A stretch of 63,864 nucleotides of DNA, filler included, from Folioceros fuciformis (Eukaryota), in assembly GCA_049999805.1 (NCBI GenBank). It is 4 parts of 4 records of this genome, joined end to end, with 100 filler letters (N's around TTAATTAATTAA, not from the genome) between each part and the next. Parts side by side here need not be neighbours in the genome. Positions count along the whole stretch, not along the records: positions 1 to 17,959 come from JBNGIO010005794.1; 3 more parts are not named here. One strand, given 5' to 3'. The position numbers and the translations under genes are program-made. Below, piece after piece: positions 1 to 14,000 of this stretch (positions are counted from its first letter, which is position 1; each line of letters starts with the position of its first letter). The notes below the pieces were generated by a model. It was not told the origin of the DNA. It did no database searches and saw nothing but the letters and a program-made list of their open reading frames with translations.

Positions 1-54
1 GTCTAAACCCAATACGCCTAGGTTAAACATATATTCTAAAATGTATATTTTTCA

Positions 55-2887
55 TAAGATACTATCTCGTTTTGGTTACATCCCTGCTTTTGACTTCTCC
101 GATTTCTCCGTGTGTGAGCACTGTTTGTATGGGAAACAGACGAAGTCACCACATGGAGGAAGAGGTAAACACAAAGTAAACCTCTTGAGTTGGTTCACAG
201 TGACGTTTGTGGACCTATGCCCACTGTATCATTAGGCGGTGCATCCTATTTTGTCACTTTCATAGATGATTTCTCACGCAAGGTGTGGATTTATCCTTTG
301 AGGAAAAAGGATGATGTTCTGACAGTGTTTCAGAAATTCGTCACCCTTGTGGAGAATTAGTTTGGTCTTCGACTGAAGTGTCTAAGGACAGGCAATGGGG
401 GAGAGTATGTCTCGAAGGCTTTCCAGTCATTCTACAATTCTAAGGGAATCAAGAGAGAATTGACTGCGCCGTATACTCCTCCCCAGAATGGTGTGGCTGA
501 ACGGATGAACAAGACCATCCAGCAGAGGATGCGGAGTTTATTGTCAAACTTTGGATTGCCTAATGGATTTTGGGCAGAAGCAGTGGCTACTGCGGTGCAT
601 CTTATTAACAGATCTCCTAATAGGGCTGTGGATGAACAGGTTCCAGAGGAGATGTGGTCTGGAAAGAAGCCGTCATACAAGCATCTACGATTGTTTGGCT
701 GCGAGGCGTACTACCATGTCCCAAAGGAGTTTCGGGACAAGTTGGCACCCAAGTCCAAGAAATGTATTTTTCTTGGCTATGGTGAATCTAGTGAGATGGG
801 ATACCGTCTATGGGATCCAGAGGCCAAGAGGGTGGTTTGCAGCAATGACATGTTCTTCAATGAGACCAAGATGCACAAAAAGCCTACTCCAACTGTGGAG
901 GTGCGACGGGTGATCTTCCAAGAAGATGGACTTGACCGTCCCGCGCAGGTTGACCGTCGTGATGTGCAGGAACAAGTTCCTCCACTTGTAGAAGAGGAGA
1001 GAGTGCAACCAGCTCCAATTGAAGCGCCAGTGCTTCGTAGGTCAGGAAGGATTTCACGTCCTCCTGACAGGTATGTTGCATCTCTTGATTATGTCATGTT
1101 CATGGATTGTGGGGAGCCCTCTTGTTATCAAGAGGCCATGTCAGTGACTGACAAGGACAAGTGGGAGAAGGCAATGCAGTCGCAGATGGATTCACTCCAT
1201 AAGAACCAAACTTGGGAGTTGGTTCGGTTGCCTAGGGGCAAGAAGGCGTTGCCATGCAAATGGGTGTATAAGATGAAAGACATACCCCATTATGACAAAC
1301 CCAAGTATAAGGCACAATTGGTTGCTAAGGGTTTTAAGCAACAGCAAGGTATTGACTTTGATGAGATTTTCTCGCCAGTTGTCAAAATGACCACCTTGCG
1401 ATGTGTTCTTGGTCTGGTTGCGAGGCACGACATGGAACTTGTCTAGATGGATGTGAAGTCGGCATTTTTGCATGGTGATCTCCAGGAAGAGGTATATATG
1501 CAGCAACTAGAGGGTTTCATTGAGAAGGGCAAAGAGAATCTGGTGTGCAGGTTAAAGAAGAGCCTTTATGGTTTGAAGCAGGCACCCAGGGAGTGGTATT
1601 ACAAGTTCCACTCGTTTATGCTTTCTCAAGGCTACAAGCGTAGCGAGGAGGATCATTGCCTCTTTACAAAGCAAGCTAAGGATGGAAGCTTGCTCATTCT
1701 GGTCCTTTATGTGGATGATATGCTAATTGCTGGGAATAGCAGTGATGAGATTTCAGCATTGAAGTCAAAGTTGAATGCTCGCTTTAACATGACGGACTTG
1801 GGAGAGGCAAGCCATATTCTTGGTATGCGTATTCGTCGAGACCGACATAAGCATTTGCTTTACTTGTCTCAGACTGAATACATTAACAAGGTGCTTCAAC
1901 GTTTCAACATGGAGAAGGGGAAGGTATTGAGTACTCCGTTGCCTCCATATGTGAAACTTTCCAGCAATGATTACACGTCCTGACATTGCCTTTGCAGTGG
2001 GAGTGGTTAGCAAGTTTATGTCAAACCCTGGCAGAAAGCATTGGGAGGCAGTGAAAGGAGTTATGAGGTACTTGAATGGTACGAAAGCTTTGTAATGTTT
2101 TGGTAGTGAAGGTGCATCTGTCGTGGGATATACGGATGCTGATTATGCAGGGGATATGGACAAAAGGAGGTCCACATCAGGTTATGTCTTCATGTGCACT
2201 GGAGGGGCAGTTTCATGGCGATCGCATTTGCAATCGTGCATAACGCTATCTACCACATAGGCCGAGTATGTTGCAACGACTGAGGCGTGCAAGGAAGCCA
2301 TGTGGCTTGCTCGTTTAGTGGGAGATTTGGGGATCAAGGTTGAGCTGCCAGTGTTGCATTGTGATAGCCAGAGTGCTATCCAATTGGCGAAGAATCAAGT
2401 GTTTCATACGAAGACCAAACATGTGGAAGTGAAGTATCACTTCATTCGAGAGGTGTTGGAAGACAAGAGGGTACAACTTGTCAAAGTTCACACCAGTCAC
2501 AACCCTGCAGATGTTCTTACCAAGAGGCTCTCTACGGAGCAATTCGCACAAGCTCGGACACTCATGGGCATGAGGTAGCCACTCTCCTTTGAGGGCAAAT
2601 TGTCCTTTAAGAGGGCGGTTGTAGGGTTATTAAAGCCCAATGTGCCTAGACTAATGTGTTTAGTCTAAGATTAGTGTCTAGTTAAGTACCATTAGTCTAG
2701 ATTAGCTTAAGCTAATCTGTAGGAAGCTTCTTGCGTAGCTTCCTATGTGCTTCTTGTGAAGCTTCCTAGGGAGCTCTTCTAGAGGGTATAAATACCCCCT
2801 TGAGCTCCCTTTCTAGTGTGACTCTATTGTGAGAGTGTGACCTCTCTTTCTTCTCCTCCTTGCCTCCTCCTCTCCTCTCCTTCACCA
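55..2887 (+). mobile_element. Degenerate Ty1/copia LTR retrotransposon (pre-integrase, integrase, RT, RNase H, PPT, 3' LTR)
   Basis: CEHCLYGKQ pre-integrase motif, YTPPQNGVAERMN integrase, [12 protein letters not shown] and LYVDDM RT, CDSQSAI/HTKTKHVEVKYHF RNase H in copia order. Stops at 358-360 and 1444-1446 and a deletion near 1975. Purine tract ~2609-2619, then TG at 2620 and TATAAATA near 2787. Right end approximate. Confidence 0.93.
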
Positions 2888-2889
2888 TG

Positions 2890-3960
2890 TAGCTCCTAGA
2901 GCGGTCCTTCAAGTTCAAGTTGAGATTTTGAGCATGCGGACAATTCCTAGCAAAGTGTCCCTATTCTCCACAACTGTAACACATACTAGAGCTAGGTATT
3001 GCTCTTCGTCTTCCATGACCTTTGTTATCTCCTCTAGCTCATTTGCTAGCAGTTTCATTCCTTCCACTATTCACAGTGATAGTACCTTGTCCCCTACTTC
3101 TAGATCTACCTTAAGATCTATGATACCTTTCTCTCAATATTGGTGCTTCCTAAACAAGCATGTCTAGTATGCCATCTACTGGTGCCATAGCCTCTTGCAA
3201 TGTCCAAGAAATAGTCACAGCTATAATGTTCTGAGCCCACCTCTTAAGGCCACATATAAACTTTTGGAGTTTGTCTTGTTCATGCATCTCATGACATTGC
3301 AAGACAACTAAGCTAAACTCACTCATATACTATCGCAAAGTTCAAGTATGATTGACATTATCGAGCATCCTTCGCACCAAACTCGTTGCATTAATGAGTT
3401 GGAAACGGAGTTGCAGCGCTTCTTGATGTCTACCTATGTGAAAATTGTCCCTCTTACGATTGCCCTGCCTGACACTCTCTATGTAAGCTCTCCATCAAAT
3501 AAAAGCATAATTCTTGAAGAAATTTGTGACGTGCTTTAAGTACTTATCTTGCGGCACTTTGTATGACTTAAGGCATGGGTTTATAGAGAAAAAACCAAGA
3601 ACTGATTTTCTCTACGTAACGCTTGCCTTTGTAACTCTTGGGGTATGTGCACCCAACCTCAACTTCTTTGACTTTTTGGTAGCACTACTCTCAACCTTAG
3701 GCTAAACGTCTTCTAGCTCTTCTTTAACGAGGTTTCTCCTACCTTTGATCTTCTAATTCATGGCATCAAGTTTCTCCATGATCTTTTGAAGTTGGTCCTC
3801 TATCATGGTGCTAGACCTGTGCTTCGAAGTTCCTTCCTTTGTCGGTCTTACAACTTGCGAATTCACTTGTGGCTCCTCTTCAACGACTTTGGAGAGAGAG
3901 GCCTTATCCTTCTTGCGTTGTTCTTTGTATAGTTGCCCAACACATCGACAAACTTTCTCA
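2890..3960 (-). mobile_element. Degenerate retrotransposon gag remnant (probably Ty3/gypsy)
   Basis: Minus strand reads YMSEFSLVVLQCHEMHEQDKLQKFICGLKRW (gag-like, ~3240-3335) and a CCHC knuckle CYSCGE*GHFARNCP (~2935-2982); many stops. Confidence 0.7.
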
Positions 3961-4008
3961 TCTTGGGGTCTGAAAGTGGCATTTAGGAGTCTAAATTTAC
4001 AGGGTGGC

Positions 4009-5841
4009 TAAAGACATTTAACAACGATCAATAAACATGCACGCAAGAGCACATGTGCGCCTATGTAGTTGTTAAAGCTTGAATGAAAGTAAGTAAACGA
4101 AGTGTGTAAAGGTAACTAGTTGCCTATTACCTAACTGAAAGTATTATTAAGTTATTATAAACCTGCTTGACCTAATGAAGTGATAATAAGTTTTAGCTAC
4201 CTAGCCTTAGAAGCCATTAATCAAATATTAATAAACCCCGAGTAGGTATGACCTAAAACTGGTTTCCAATACATCCCCTCATACCTACTCGTATGAAAAT
4301 GAGTTACACTCGTTGGTACGAGTGTAATTTGAGGGAGGCTCGATGCTAATCATGTGTTGTCCTTGGGAAGCCCTTTGGTCAAGACATCAACTACATTCGA
4401 TATTGTGTGCACATATTTATTTCAGCAATATGGTGCCCATAGCTATGGTTTGTCTAATTACTATATCTCTATGTTTTATACCTAGCGTGTAGAATAGGAT
4501 TACCTCTGAGTATGATGGCTGATTGATTATCTCACTAAAGGATTGTTGGGTTTGGCTATGACTAGTGGATACACTCAAGGATTGTCCAACCCACATAATC
4601 TCTCGTGCAGCTAGGTATAAGGCCCCATATTCAACTTCGATTGATAAGAAGCTTACAGTTGTGAGCTTTTTAGACTACCAACTTATATAGGTGACCCACA
4701 TAGAATGAGACAATAGGCTACTATGGATTTTCTAGAGTCAACGTCCCCCCCCCTCCAATCTGCATTGGAGTATGAGGTAAGGGTGGTGTTGTTGGTTGAT
4801 GAGTACTTAAGGCTAAAATGTTGAGTGCCCTTAAGGTATCAGAGATTTCTCTTAACAACCTGCTAGTGTTTGCGACCAGGGTTGGAGAGAAAATGGGAAA
4901 CAAGACCTACAGCCTGGGAAATGTTTGGATGTGTCCATCCAGCCATGTAAAGGAGAATGGCTACAGCTTCTCTATAAGGAATAGTAGATTTGTCTTCTTT
5001 TTCTGATTCAGTCCTTGAACAATCCTCCAAAGAGAGTTTTTCTTTAGCTGATATAAGTGTTGAAACAAGGTTAAGATCAACTAAGTTAAACTTTATTAAC
5101 AGTTGACAAATGAAGTGGGACTGATATATTGTAGCATTGTCTGCTACAAGATCAAAGAGAAACTGGATCCCTAAGGCAAATTCAAGGGGTCCCATATCCA
5201 TCATGTCTCATTCTTGGGATAAGGCTTGCTTGATTTCTTATAGGATCTGCTCATCCCTGGCGAAGAGATAGTTGCCATCAACATAAAGTGCTTTCCAATG
5301 TGGCCTTAAAAGAGTTCTGTAATTTTCTTCTTGTTCTTTGTTTAGGAAATATTGACTTGTGGTGGATTCCACAACGAGGATAATAGTTGGACACTATTCA
5401 TTTAGAGATTTGGTGATTAGCACACCAAATTTCAAATAGATTGAAATAGTGATTGCAATGCCTTCAAAGATTGAGAATGTTGGTTGCCTTTCAAATTTTT
5501 GGGCCTCAATTTGAATGATCTGGTTGGACCATAAATGGGGTGCTGAATTATTACCTCAAGGCATGATTTGCTCAATTGCTCTGATAACGTAAAGACATTT
5601 AGCAATGATTAATATAAGAACAAAACAGACATGCACGCAAGAGCACATAGAAGAAGTGATCATTAAAGGTTGAATGAAAGCGCATAAACGAAGTGTGTAA
5701 AAAAGAATTGCATATTATTAAGTTATTATAAACCCGCTTGACCTAATGAAGCGATAATGGGTTTTAACTACCTAGCTCTAGAAGCCATTAGTTAAATATT
5801 AATAAACCCCGAGGAGGTATAACCTAAAACAGTTTCCAATA
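4009..5841 (-). mobile_element. Internally deleted Ty1/copia element with both LTRs and a 5-bp TSD
   Basis: Diverged direct repeats 4009-4271 and 5590-5841; GTGGC at 4004-4008 and 5842-5846; degenerate tRNA-Met PBS (gctctgataacg, 5578-5589); PPT complement catcccctc at 4272-4280; internal RT/RNase H remnant (DMGPLEFALGIQ...PYREAV...THPNISQAVGLVSHF). Confidence 0.88.
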
Positions 5842-6029
5842 GTGGCTAAAGTACCAAAGTGCCCTCTTTCTATAGTTTCTTACTTTCAATTTTTTTTAAG
5901 ACTTAAAAAGTCTGAAATAAGGTAGGCACTTAGTGCTTACTTTATACAGTTGCCTACTCCCAACTTTTTTAAATGCCTTCTTTATACAATTGCCCACTCT
6001 CATCTTTACACAATTGCCCACTTTTTTTT

Positions 6030-7181
6030 ACAGTTGCTGATGGTTTTTTTAGAAAGGGTTTAGGGTTAAATGTGCTTGTTAGAGATTCAAACCAAGTTAT
6101 TATCTGTGAATATATGATTTATAAACCTTCTAGGATGGGTGACAAGAGGGTTGTTGTATAACAACCGTGGTCCACAAATACTCAAGTCCTATCAAGAATG
6201 ATCATACAATCATCTTGATAGCCATCGGACTTATGAGGCTAAGAGTTGGCCTTACACCCTTCCCAAATGCTCTTCTCCAAGCTGTGTACTACCTTTAGAA
6301 TGTTATGAATGGAGATAAAGAAAAGGCTTATCCACAATTGTTGGAGATGATATTATATCTCCAAACTTATTGTACACTTTGGCTTTTTCTCTCTCTAAAT
6401 GTAGTTGTGGGGTTGTCATTGCTGACACAAGGTCCCATATGGGATGTTATCCCATCAAGCAACATCGCATTGCTACTTATGTTTGTGATTACATCATGTT
6501 CTCAATGGTTAGTCTAACCATTGAGATGTGGGAATGTGGGTTTGTTCCATACAAGGGGTGTCCACATACTTTGCACAATTGGGTTTCATTTGTAGTTGGC
6601 TATTTTTTCACAGGGAGGAACATATTTGTGTCACTGATGTGGTTGTCACAGATTCCACCGTAGTATCAATTTACTAGCACCTCGTCATTATCAATTTACT
6701 AGCACCTCGTCATTAAACCCCCCTGATAGGCAATGAAGGGTTGTGCGAAGTACCAAAGTCCATTCTCCCTCAAGGACGGACATGTTTTCATCCCTTACTC
6801 TTAAGACCCATGGGCTATGGGCAAGGACTTTTCAAGGGTCATCAAGAAGTGCGCAAAGGTGTATCATAGTCAAGATTCTCCTTGTTGCTTAGTAGTGGCC
6901 TTCTATCGACACGCAAACAACACGGAACCATTGCTTTGCAAAGAGTATTCGTCAATGTGGTCTTTAGAACAACAACAAGTGCAAGTCATGCAGCTTCTTT
7001 GAAGTCGGTGGTAGGTAGGTCGTTTGTTATTCCACATACCAATATTTAGGGAGTAGCAAATAGTTTTGAGAATGAGGTTCAAAGGGCTAGTACCCTTTGG
7101 GCCTTTGGTCTTGCTTAGGTTGTTTCTCTTCAGTTTTGGAGTATATGAGATTTTTCATCTCATTTTTAATAATAAAAATAA
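6030..7181 (+). mobile_element. Possible highly decayed LINE 3' fragment (RNase H-like/RVT_3 remnant, A-rich end)
   Basis: DGFFRKGLGLNVLVRDSNQVII resembles plant RVT_3 N-termini; A-rich tract 7163-7181; no intact ORF. Confidence 0.3.
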
Positions 7182-7860
7182 CTACTTATTATCAACTGAT
7201 AAATAACGTAGGTCACCAACCTCTATAAAAACTTGAACATGTTAAGGAAATCAATCAATGGTACCTTTTCCATGGGGGGTTTCCATTTAAGACTCTCAAT
7301 CCCTTGGGCTGAGCCATGATAAATTCATTAATTATTCTTGTGTTGTTCTCTCAAAACATATATAAATATGTCTGTTGAGAAAATATGTTAAAAATACAGA
7401 GGAAAATATCAATATACAGATAGAAAAACACCGGCGTCAAGCGTTTGGGCGAACTTTAATTACAGTACGCACGTACATACTATCATTTTGTGTTAAGGAC
7501 TGGAAACCTGTAGTGAAGCGGTCAGTGAAATGTGTCCCAATGACAACGATTCACTGGTGCACGAACTGGAATGAGGCGCAACGGCGAGGAAGACGTGAAA
7601 GGAGCAGGTAGCACGAACGGCAGGGACGAAGCCAATGGTATGGCAAGTAATAGTTGCCGTTCCGACAGGAACAAAAATATGCCTCAAAGTTTGATGAACA
7701 GGGACTGCCCCGCCCCGCCCAGCCCCGCCGCCTTTGCACACGCGCTCTTGGCACTTGGCAAAGCGCTGCGGGCCATTGGCGACGACGCGCAGACTGCTGG
7801 AGGCTTGGACTTGACGGCAGGCAGGACAGGAGCCTCTCCCGCGCCAGGGATGTTGAGATG

Positions 7861-7991
7861 CACGTGGAATCTGCGCTGAATTGGCACCGCCGAGACGGGC
7901 AGGCAGGCCTGCCTCTCTCGCCTTTCTTCTTGTGTTGTATCCATCGCCAGCGCCGGTGGCACACTGCAGGTTGCATGTATGCGTATGCATG
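7861..7991 (+). promoter_or_regulatory. G-box/ABRE core plus two RY-like motifs upstream of the ABCG start
   Basis: CACGTGG at 7861-7867; TGCATG at 7972-7977 and 7986-7991, 80-210 bp before the ATG at 8071. Short motifs, may be chance. Confidence 0.25.
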
Positions 7992-8070
7992 CGCACTGTA
8001 GCTTCGATTCCTGGAAGCAGCGATCAATCAAGCAGCTGAGTTGATTGACGGCATCCTGTTGAGGAGAGCG

Positions 8071-11000
8071 ATGGCAGAATCCACTGCCCCTCCGAGCGAT
8101 ATCTGGTTTGATATGAAGCTGGGAGGCGAGCGCGTGTGGGGAGACACCGGCGAAGGCCGCGTCCCCTTCTCCGGTCGCTCCAGCAGCCAGCAAACGGACG
8201 AGGACACAGAAGCTCTCACCTGGGCCGCGCTGGAGAGGCTCCCTACGTACACTCGCCTGCACACCGCCATCCTGGCCGGGTCTTTGGATGGCACCGGCAA
8301 CGGGGCAGGCGCACAGCAGCATCAGCACGTGGATGTGCGCAAGCTCGGGCGCATGCAGCGCGCCAACCTTCTGGACAAGGCCTTCGACACCTCGGAGCAG
8401 GACAACGAGAGGCTTCTCAAGTCCCTCAAGAACCGCATTGACAGGTATGTGCGAACCGATTGTGCTGGCAACCATACGTTTTCCGACGTAATCTTGACTG
8501 CTTCCTGCGATTCATTTTGATTGTTTTGTGCGTTGCAGAGTCGGGATTGAGCTTCCCAAGGTTGAGGTGCGGTTCCAGGACTTGCATGTCTCCGCCAAGG
8601 TCTACGTCGGCGGGCGTGCGCTTCCTTCGTTGTGGAATTCCGTCCGTAATTTGGTCGAGGTATGGGTGTGGACATGCTCTTGTCAATTGGCAGCACGGTT
8701 GCATTGAGGCGCCGCTGGCTCTCCAACAAATTTTCATCGTTGCCCAAGAGGTTGTTATTTGAAGCGTGATTGATATGGCCCCCGCTCTGCAGGCCTGCTT
8801 AGCAACTTGCAGATTGTTGCCGTCCGACAAACGTGACCTCCACATTCTTCACGGCGTCAGTGGCGTGATCAAGCCAGGAAGGTGAGATGTTACGGGTCGT
8901 CGACTGTCGTTTTCTGAACCTCTGCCTCAAACTGCTTTGCCTCCAAGTTGATAACTTGGCTGATTGCCACGATTTCTTTGGCCTGCAGGATGACCCTTCT
9001 TCTTGGTCCGCCTAGTTCTGGTAAATCGACCCTGCTGCTGGCGCTAGCGGGAAAACTAGATTCAGGCTTACGGGTACGATTTCTGCCCCGCTTTCCTTCA
9101 TTTGCCCGCCTGCCTGGAGCTGGTATGCAGAAATTGTGGGATTTGGACCCAGCGCAATCTCTCTCATCAACTGTTTGTGCACTTGTGACCAGAAATCCGG
9201 CTCGATCACTTACAACGGCCTCACGCTCGAGGAATTTGTCCCTCAAAGAACAGCGTCGTATATTAGCCAGACTGACAATCACATTGGAGAGCTCACTGTA
9301 CGAGAAACTCTTGACTTCGCAGCCCGGTGTCAAGGTGCAGGCTATAAACAAGGTACGTGGACGGTGTGACTGCATTCTCTTATTTTTCCTTGCTAAGACC
9401 AACATTTTCTGCTTTCTAAGGCCCATTGTTGCAGAGATGATGGCTGAGCTTGCTAGGAGGGAGAAGGCGCAGCAAATTCGTCCTGACCCAGACATCGATG
9501 CCTATATGAAGGTAGGATAGCTAGTCACGTCCTCTCAGTTCCTGGCGCTTGGGGGGTTCTTTCTCCCACCTCTCCATCACACGATTCATTGTACTGTGTG
9601 TGTATCAGGCCTCAGCTGTGGAGGGCAAGAAGCACAGTGTCTCTACAGACTACATTACGAAGGTCCTCGGTCTTGAACCCTGTGCAGACACAGTTGTGGG
9701 AGATCAGATGACCAGGGGGATTTCAGGGGGCCAGAAAAAACGTGTGACAACAGGTTTGCTCTGGCTTTCCCTTGTTGAGAGTTACGCATATGCTGGGTCT
9801 GAGAAAACGCAGCTCTTGCTTTAATTATCACTCTTTGGCTTGCTTGCATCAGGGTATCTGACTGGTGCTGCTCTTTTCGCAGGTGAGATGGTGGTTGGAC
9901 CCAAGAAAACTTTGTTTATGGACGAGATATCTACGGGGCTGGACAGCTCCACGACTTTCCAAATTGTGAAATGCACCAGTAACTTCGTTCACATGCTTGA
10001 TGCCACCGTGCTAATGGCTCTCCTCCAGCCAGCCCCAGAAACGTTTGACCTTTTCGATGAAATCCTTCTCCTAGCTGAGGGTCATATAGTATACCTGGGG
10101 CCTCGGGAAAAGGTCCTCGAGTTTTTTGAGTCTCTGGGGTTCAAGCTTCCACCCCGTAAAGGCATAGCAGACTTTCTTCAAGAGGTGAAGTATTTTGGCC
10201 GTCTCTTCTTTCCTTGGACCTTGAATATGAAAAGGAATCTCACCACACTCCTTCCTGTATGTGGTCTCCCTGTGATGTCAGGTCACTTCAAAGAAGGATC
10301 AGGCACAGTACTGGGCAGACGAGAGCAGGCCGTACAAATATGTACCGGTTTCTGCAATTACAGCTGCATTTCAAGAATCTGAGATGGGGAAAGAACTGAA
10401 GGCACAGCTTGCAATTCCATTCGATTCTTCTAAAAGCCACCCCCTAGCAATAGCCAAGACAAAGTATGCTTTGTCAAAGTGGAAGCTTTTTAAAGCCTGC
10501 TTTGAACGAGAACTGTTGTTGATGAAGCGCAACAGTTTTCTGTATCTTTTCCGAACTGCCCAGGTACATCATCTTGGGTGCAGTCGGGGGAAGTTCTGGC
10601 GATGATTCTGTGAAGAAATATTCATGTTTTGGTAGATAGAAAAGGAACAGACATTGACCTCTAACCTTTCTTGCATGTGGCAGGTCGGTTTTGTGGCATT
10701 CCTTACAGCTACTTTATTTGTGCGGACACGTTTGCATCCCACAAATGAGAACGATGGAAACCTTTACATGGCTTGTCTATTCTATTCCTTGGTGCACATG
10801 ATGTTCAACGGCTTCAGTGAGATGTCGATCACAATAATGCGGCTTCAAGTGTTCTACAAGCAGAGAGACAATCTGTTCTATCCAGGCTGGGCTTTCTCAG
10901 TACCAATCTGGCTTCTCAGACTTCCCTACTCAGCTGTGGAGGCTATAATCTGGAGTTCCATAGTGTACTACACTGTTGGACTTGCCCCTGAAGCCTCCAG

Positions 11001-14000
11001 GTAATGGGCCGTGATTCCTTTTGATGAAGGCATTCTACCTGCCAGGAGAGACAGTTTGATCTGATATTCTCAATTTTGACCAGGTTTTTCCGATACATGG
11101 TACTGCTTTTCCTCATGCACCAGATGTCAGTAGGGCTTTTTCGGACAATAGGTGCTTTAGGGAGATCCATGGTGATTGCAAACACATTTGGATCCTTTGC
11201 ACTCCTGGTGGTCTTCCTTCTGGGTGGATTTATCATAGCAAAGAGTAACCGCCTTTCTCCATTGTGATGATTTCAGTTTCAAAGATGTAAAACTCAAATA
11301 GTTTGACGCAAGAAGAAAGCATAACAATGTTGGCATGATTTGTCGTGTTCCTTGCAGACAGCATACACCCGTGGTGGGTATGGGGATATTGGGTGTCTCC
11401 TTTGTCTTATGCTCAGAATGCTCTCTCTGTCAACGAATTTCTTGCACCTCGATGGCACAAGGTTCGTTGGTGTCATGAGAACCCATATGCCATCCATGTT
11501 TCTCCAGAGTATTCCTTCAGTCCAAGTGCGAAGTCTTGGAGAGTACCAGAGTCAGCTGGTGCAGAGTCCTCCATTGTATGTGAGAGCTGATATAGTGTCC
11601 GGACTGTCTCATCAGCTAAGCCCTTATGCTCCTGGGATACCTCTGTATAGAAGGCTTCTTGGTGGACGAGGGATTCCAATGAAAGCAAATTGGTACTGGA
11701 TCGGTGTGGCTGTGCTCATTGGATACACGATCTTCCTCAATTTTACGGTGACTCTGGCACTGTCTTATTTTGACCGTAAGGATTTGATGTGTGCTTATAC
11801 TATATGGTTGAAATGTTGCCCATTGTTAAGTAACAGACTTCTGGACCATCCTCACATTTAATGGTTTCTTGTGATAGCCATTGGCAAGCCACAAGCAGTT
11901 GTGACGGAGGAGACTCTCAGACAGAAGACTGATGATACTGGTGACCACTCTTCGGACCAAGGAGCTGGAAATGGGGTTGAGAGCCTCGAAAGTAATGGGG
12001 AGAGTGCAAACCACTGTGTGGAATCAAGCTTGGAGTCAGGAGGTAGCTAACGATGGATCTTTCCATCACAAGGTTTCTTCAATTCAGCGTTTGACACATT
12101 AGTATGTTGCTGTAATCTGCAGGAAGCATTGAATTGGGACCAGTTGGAAGGCAGAATGAAGCAGTACCAGAAATTCATGTGGACACCCAACGGTTGACAG
12201 AGCGTATGGCATCCAAGGGAATGATATTGCCCTTTAAGCCTCTGGCTTTGTCATTTCACAACGTTTGCTACTACGTTGACATGCCCCCAGTAAGTCCTTC
12301 GTTGACATCACTGTTTTTGCCCCACATTGTGTGGATCAGATTAGAAGCATCACTCTTTGAAGTGTGGAGGTTGGTTCTTGCCATATTCTTTCTGCCACTA
12401 TTTGTGCTCATGGTTTGTCTGGTTAGGAAATGAAAAAAGAAGGTCTTGGAGGGGACAAGTTGCAGCTTTTGAAAAGCGTGAGTGGAGCATTTCGTCCAGG
12501 GGTGCTCACTGCTCTGGTCGGTGTTAGTGGGGCTGGAAAGACAACTTTGATGGATGTTCTTGCCGACAGGAAGACGGGTGGCCGTATTACTGGAGACATT
12601 CGGGTGTCTGGCTATCCCAAAGTGCAAGCCACCTTCGCTCGAGTCACAGGATATGTGGAGCAGACTGATATACATTCCCCACAAGTCACCGTGCATGAGT
12701 CGCTGCTGTATTCCTCATGGTTGCGGCTTCCAGGCGACGTTGACACACAAACACGCCATGTAAGTATTGAAAACGGCTGGAAAGTAATATGGATTTCACA
12801 TATAATTGGGTATTTCTCAAACATGAGGCAGACATGATCTTTGCCTCATGGTTGAGTCCTGTTGTCCAGGATCTAATGACTGTCATGAATCTTCCCTCAC
12901 ACATCCTCACTTTTTCCTCAGGCGTTCGTTGATGAGGTTATGGAGTTGGTAGAGCTGGCTCCTTTGAGAGATGCGCTCGTGGGGCTACCTGGTAGCACTG
13001 GGCTCTCAACGGAGCAGAGAAAACGTCTGACAATTGCGGTTGAACTAGTTGCAAATCCTTCTATAATTTTCATGGATGAGCCGACCTCAGGGCTGGATGC
13101 CCGTGCAGCAGCTATTGTTATGCGCACTGTGCGGAATACTGTTGACACAGGACGGACCGTTGTTTGCACAATCCACCAACCCAGCATAGACATCTTTGAA
13201 GCATTTGATGAGGTACAGTGTGTCCAAGCCTTAGAGTAATGCATATGCGTTTTGAAGGCTCTAATGCGGGTTGTCCATTCGCGAACTCCAGCTTCTTTTG
13301 ATGAAACGCGGCGGGCAAGTCATATATGCTGGGCCTCTGGGACAGCATTCAGTGCAACTTATTGACTATTTTGAGGTGGATCCCGGATCGTTTTATTCAG
13401 TACCTCTTCCCTTTCTGCCTTTCCCAGGAAATCGAATCTGGTAACAACTGTAACCACGTTTCAGATTATTAATGGAGTCCCACCGATTAAGGATGGGTAC
13501 AACCCAGCCACATGGATGCTTGAGGTCTCCACCCCAGCAGCAGAGCAGCGACTGGGTCAAGACTTCGCAGACATTTACAGGAATTCAGAACTGTTTCGGT
13601 ATGTACTTTTGGCCCTATGCTATGCAGTGAATCTTTCTTCTGTGCCACACTCGACGGTGAATTTGTTCGTATAAAATATGCGGTGCAGGCAAAACGAGGC
13701 ACTAATCGAGCAGCTCAGTGTACCGGCTCCGGGAACGGACGATCTTAAGTTTCCGACACAGTATTCCCGCAGTTCTGTTACACAATTTGTTGCCTGCTTG
13801 TGGAAGCAGCACTGGACGTATTGGCGTAGCCCTCAATACAACTGTGTGCGGTTCTTTTTCACTGTGATCTGCGCTTTGATTTTTGGATCAATGTTTTGGG
13901 GGTTGGGATCAAAAAGGTAACTTTTTTTCTCGTGACAGCCTGTCTTACCATGCACTTAATGTGCAGTTTCACCAGCCTGTGATCCTTCTTGTGATCCTTG

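Noticed and set aside
1..54. LTR terminus (...tttttCA) abutting copia coding sequence
   Set aside because: Plausible nested insertion end, but too short at the window edge to support a call.
7493..8845. Overlapping 100-260 aa ORFs on both strands around the ABCG start
   Set aside because: Explained by high GC and antisense shadow frames of exon 1; no recognisable domains.
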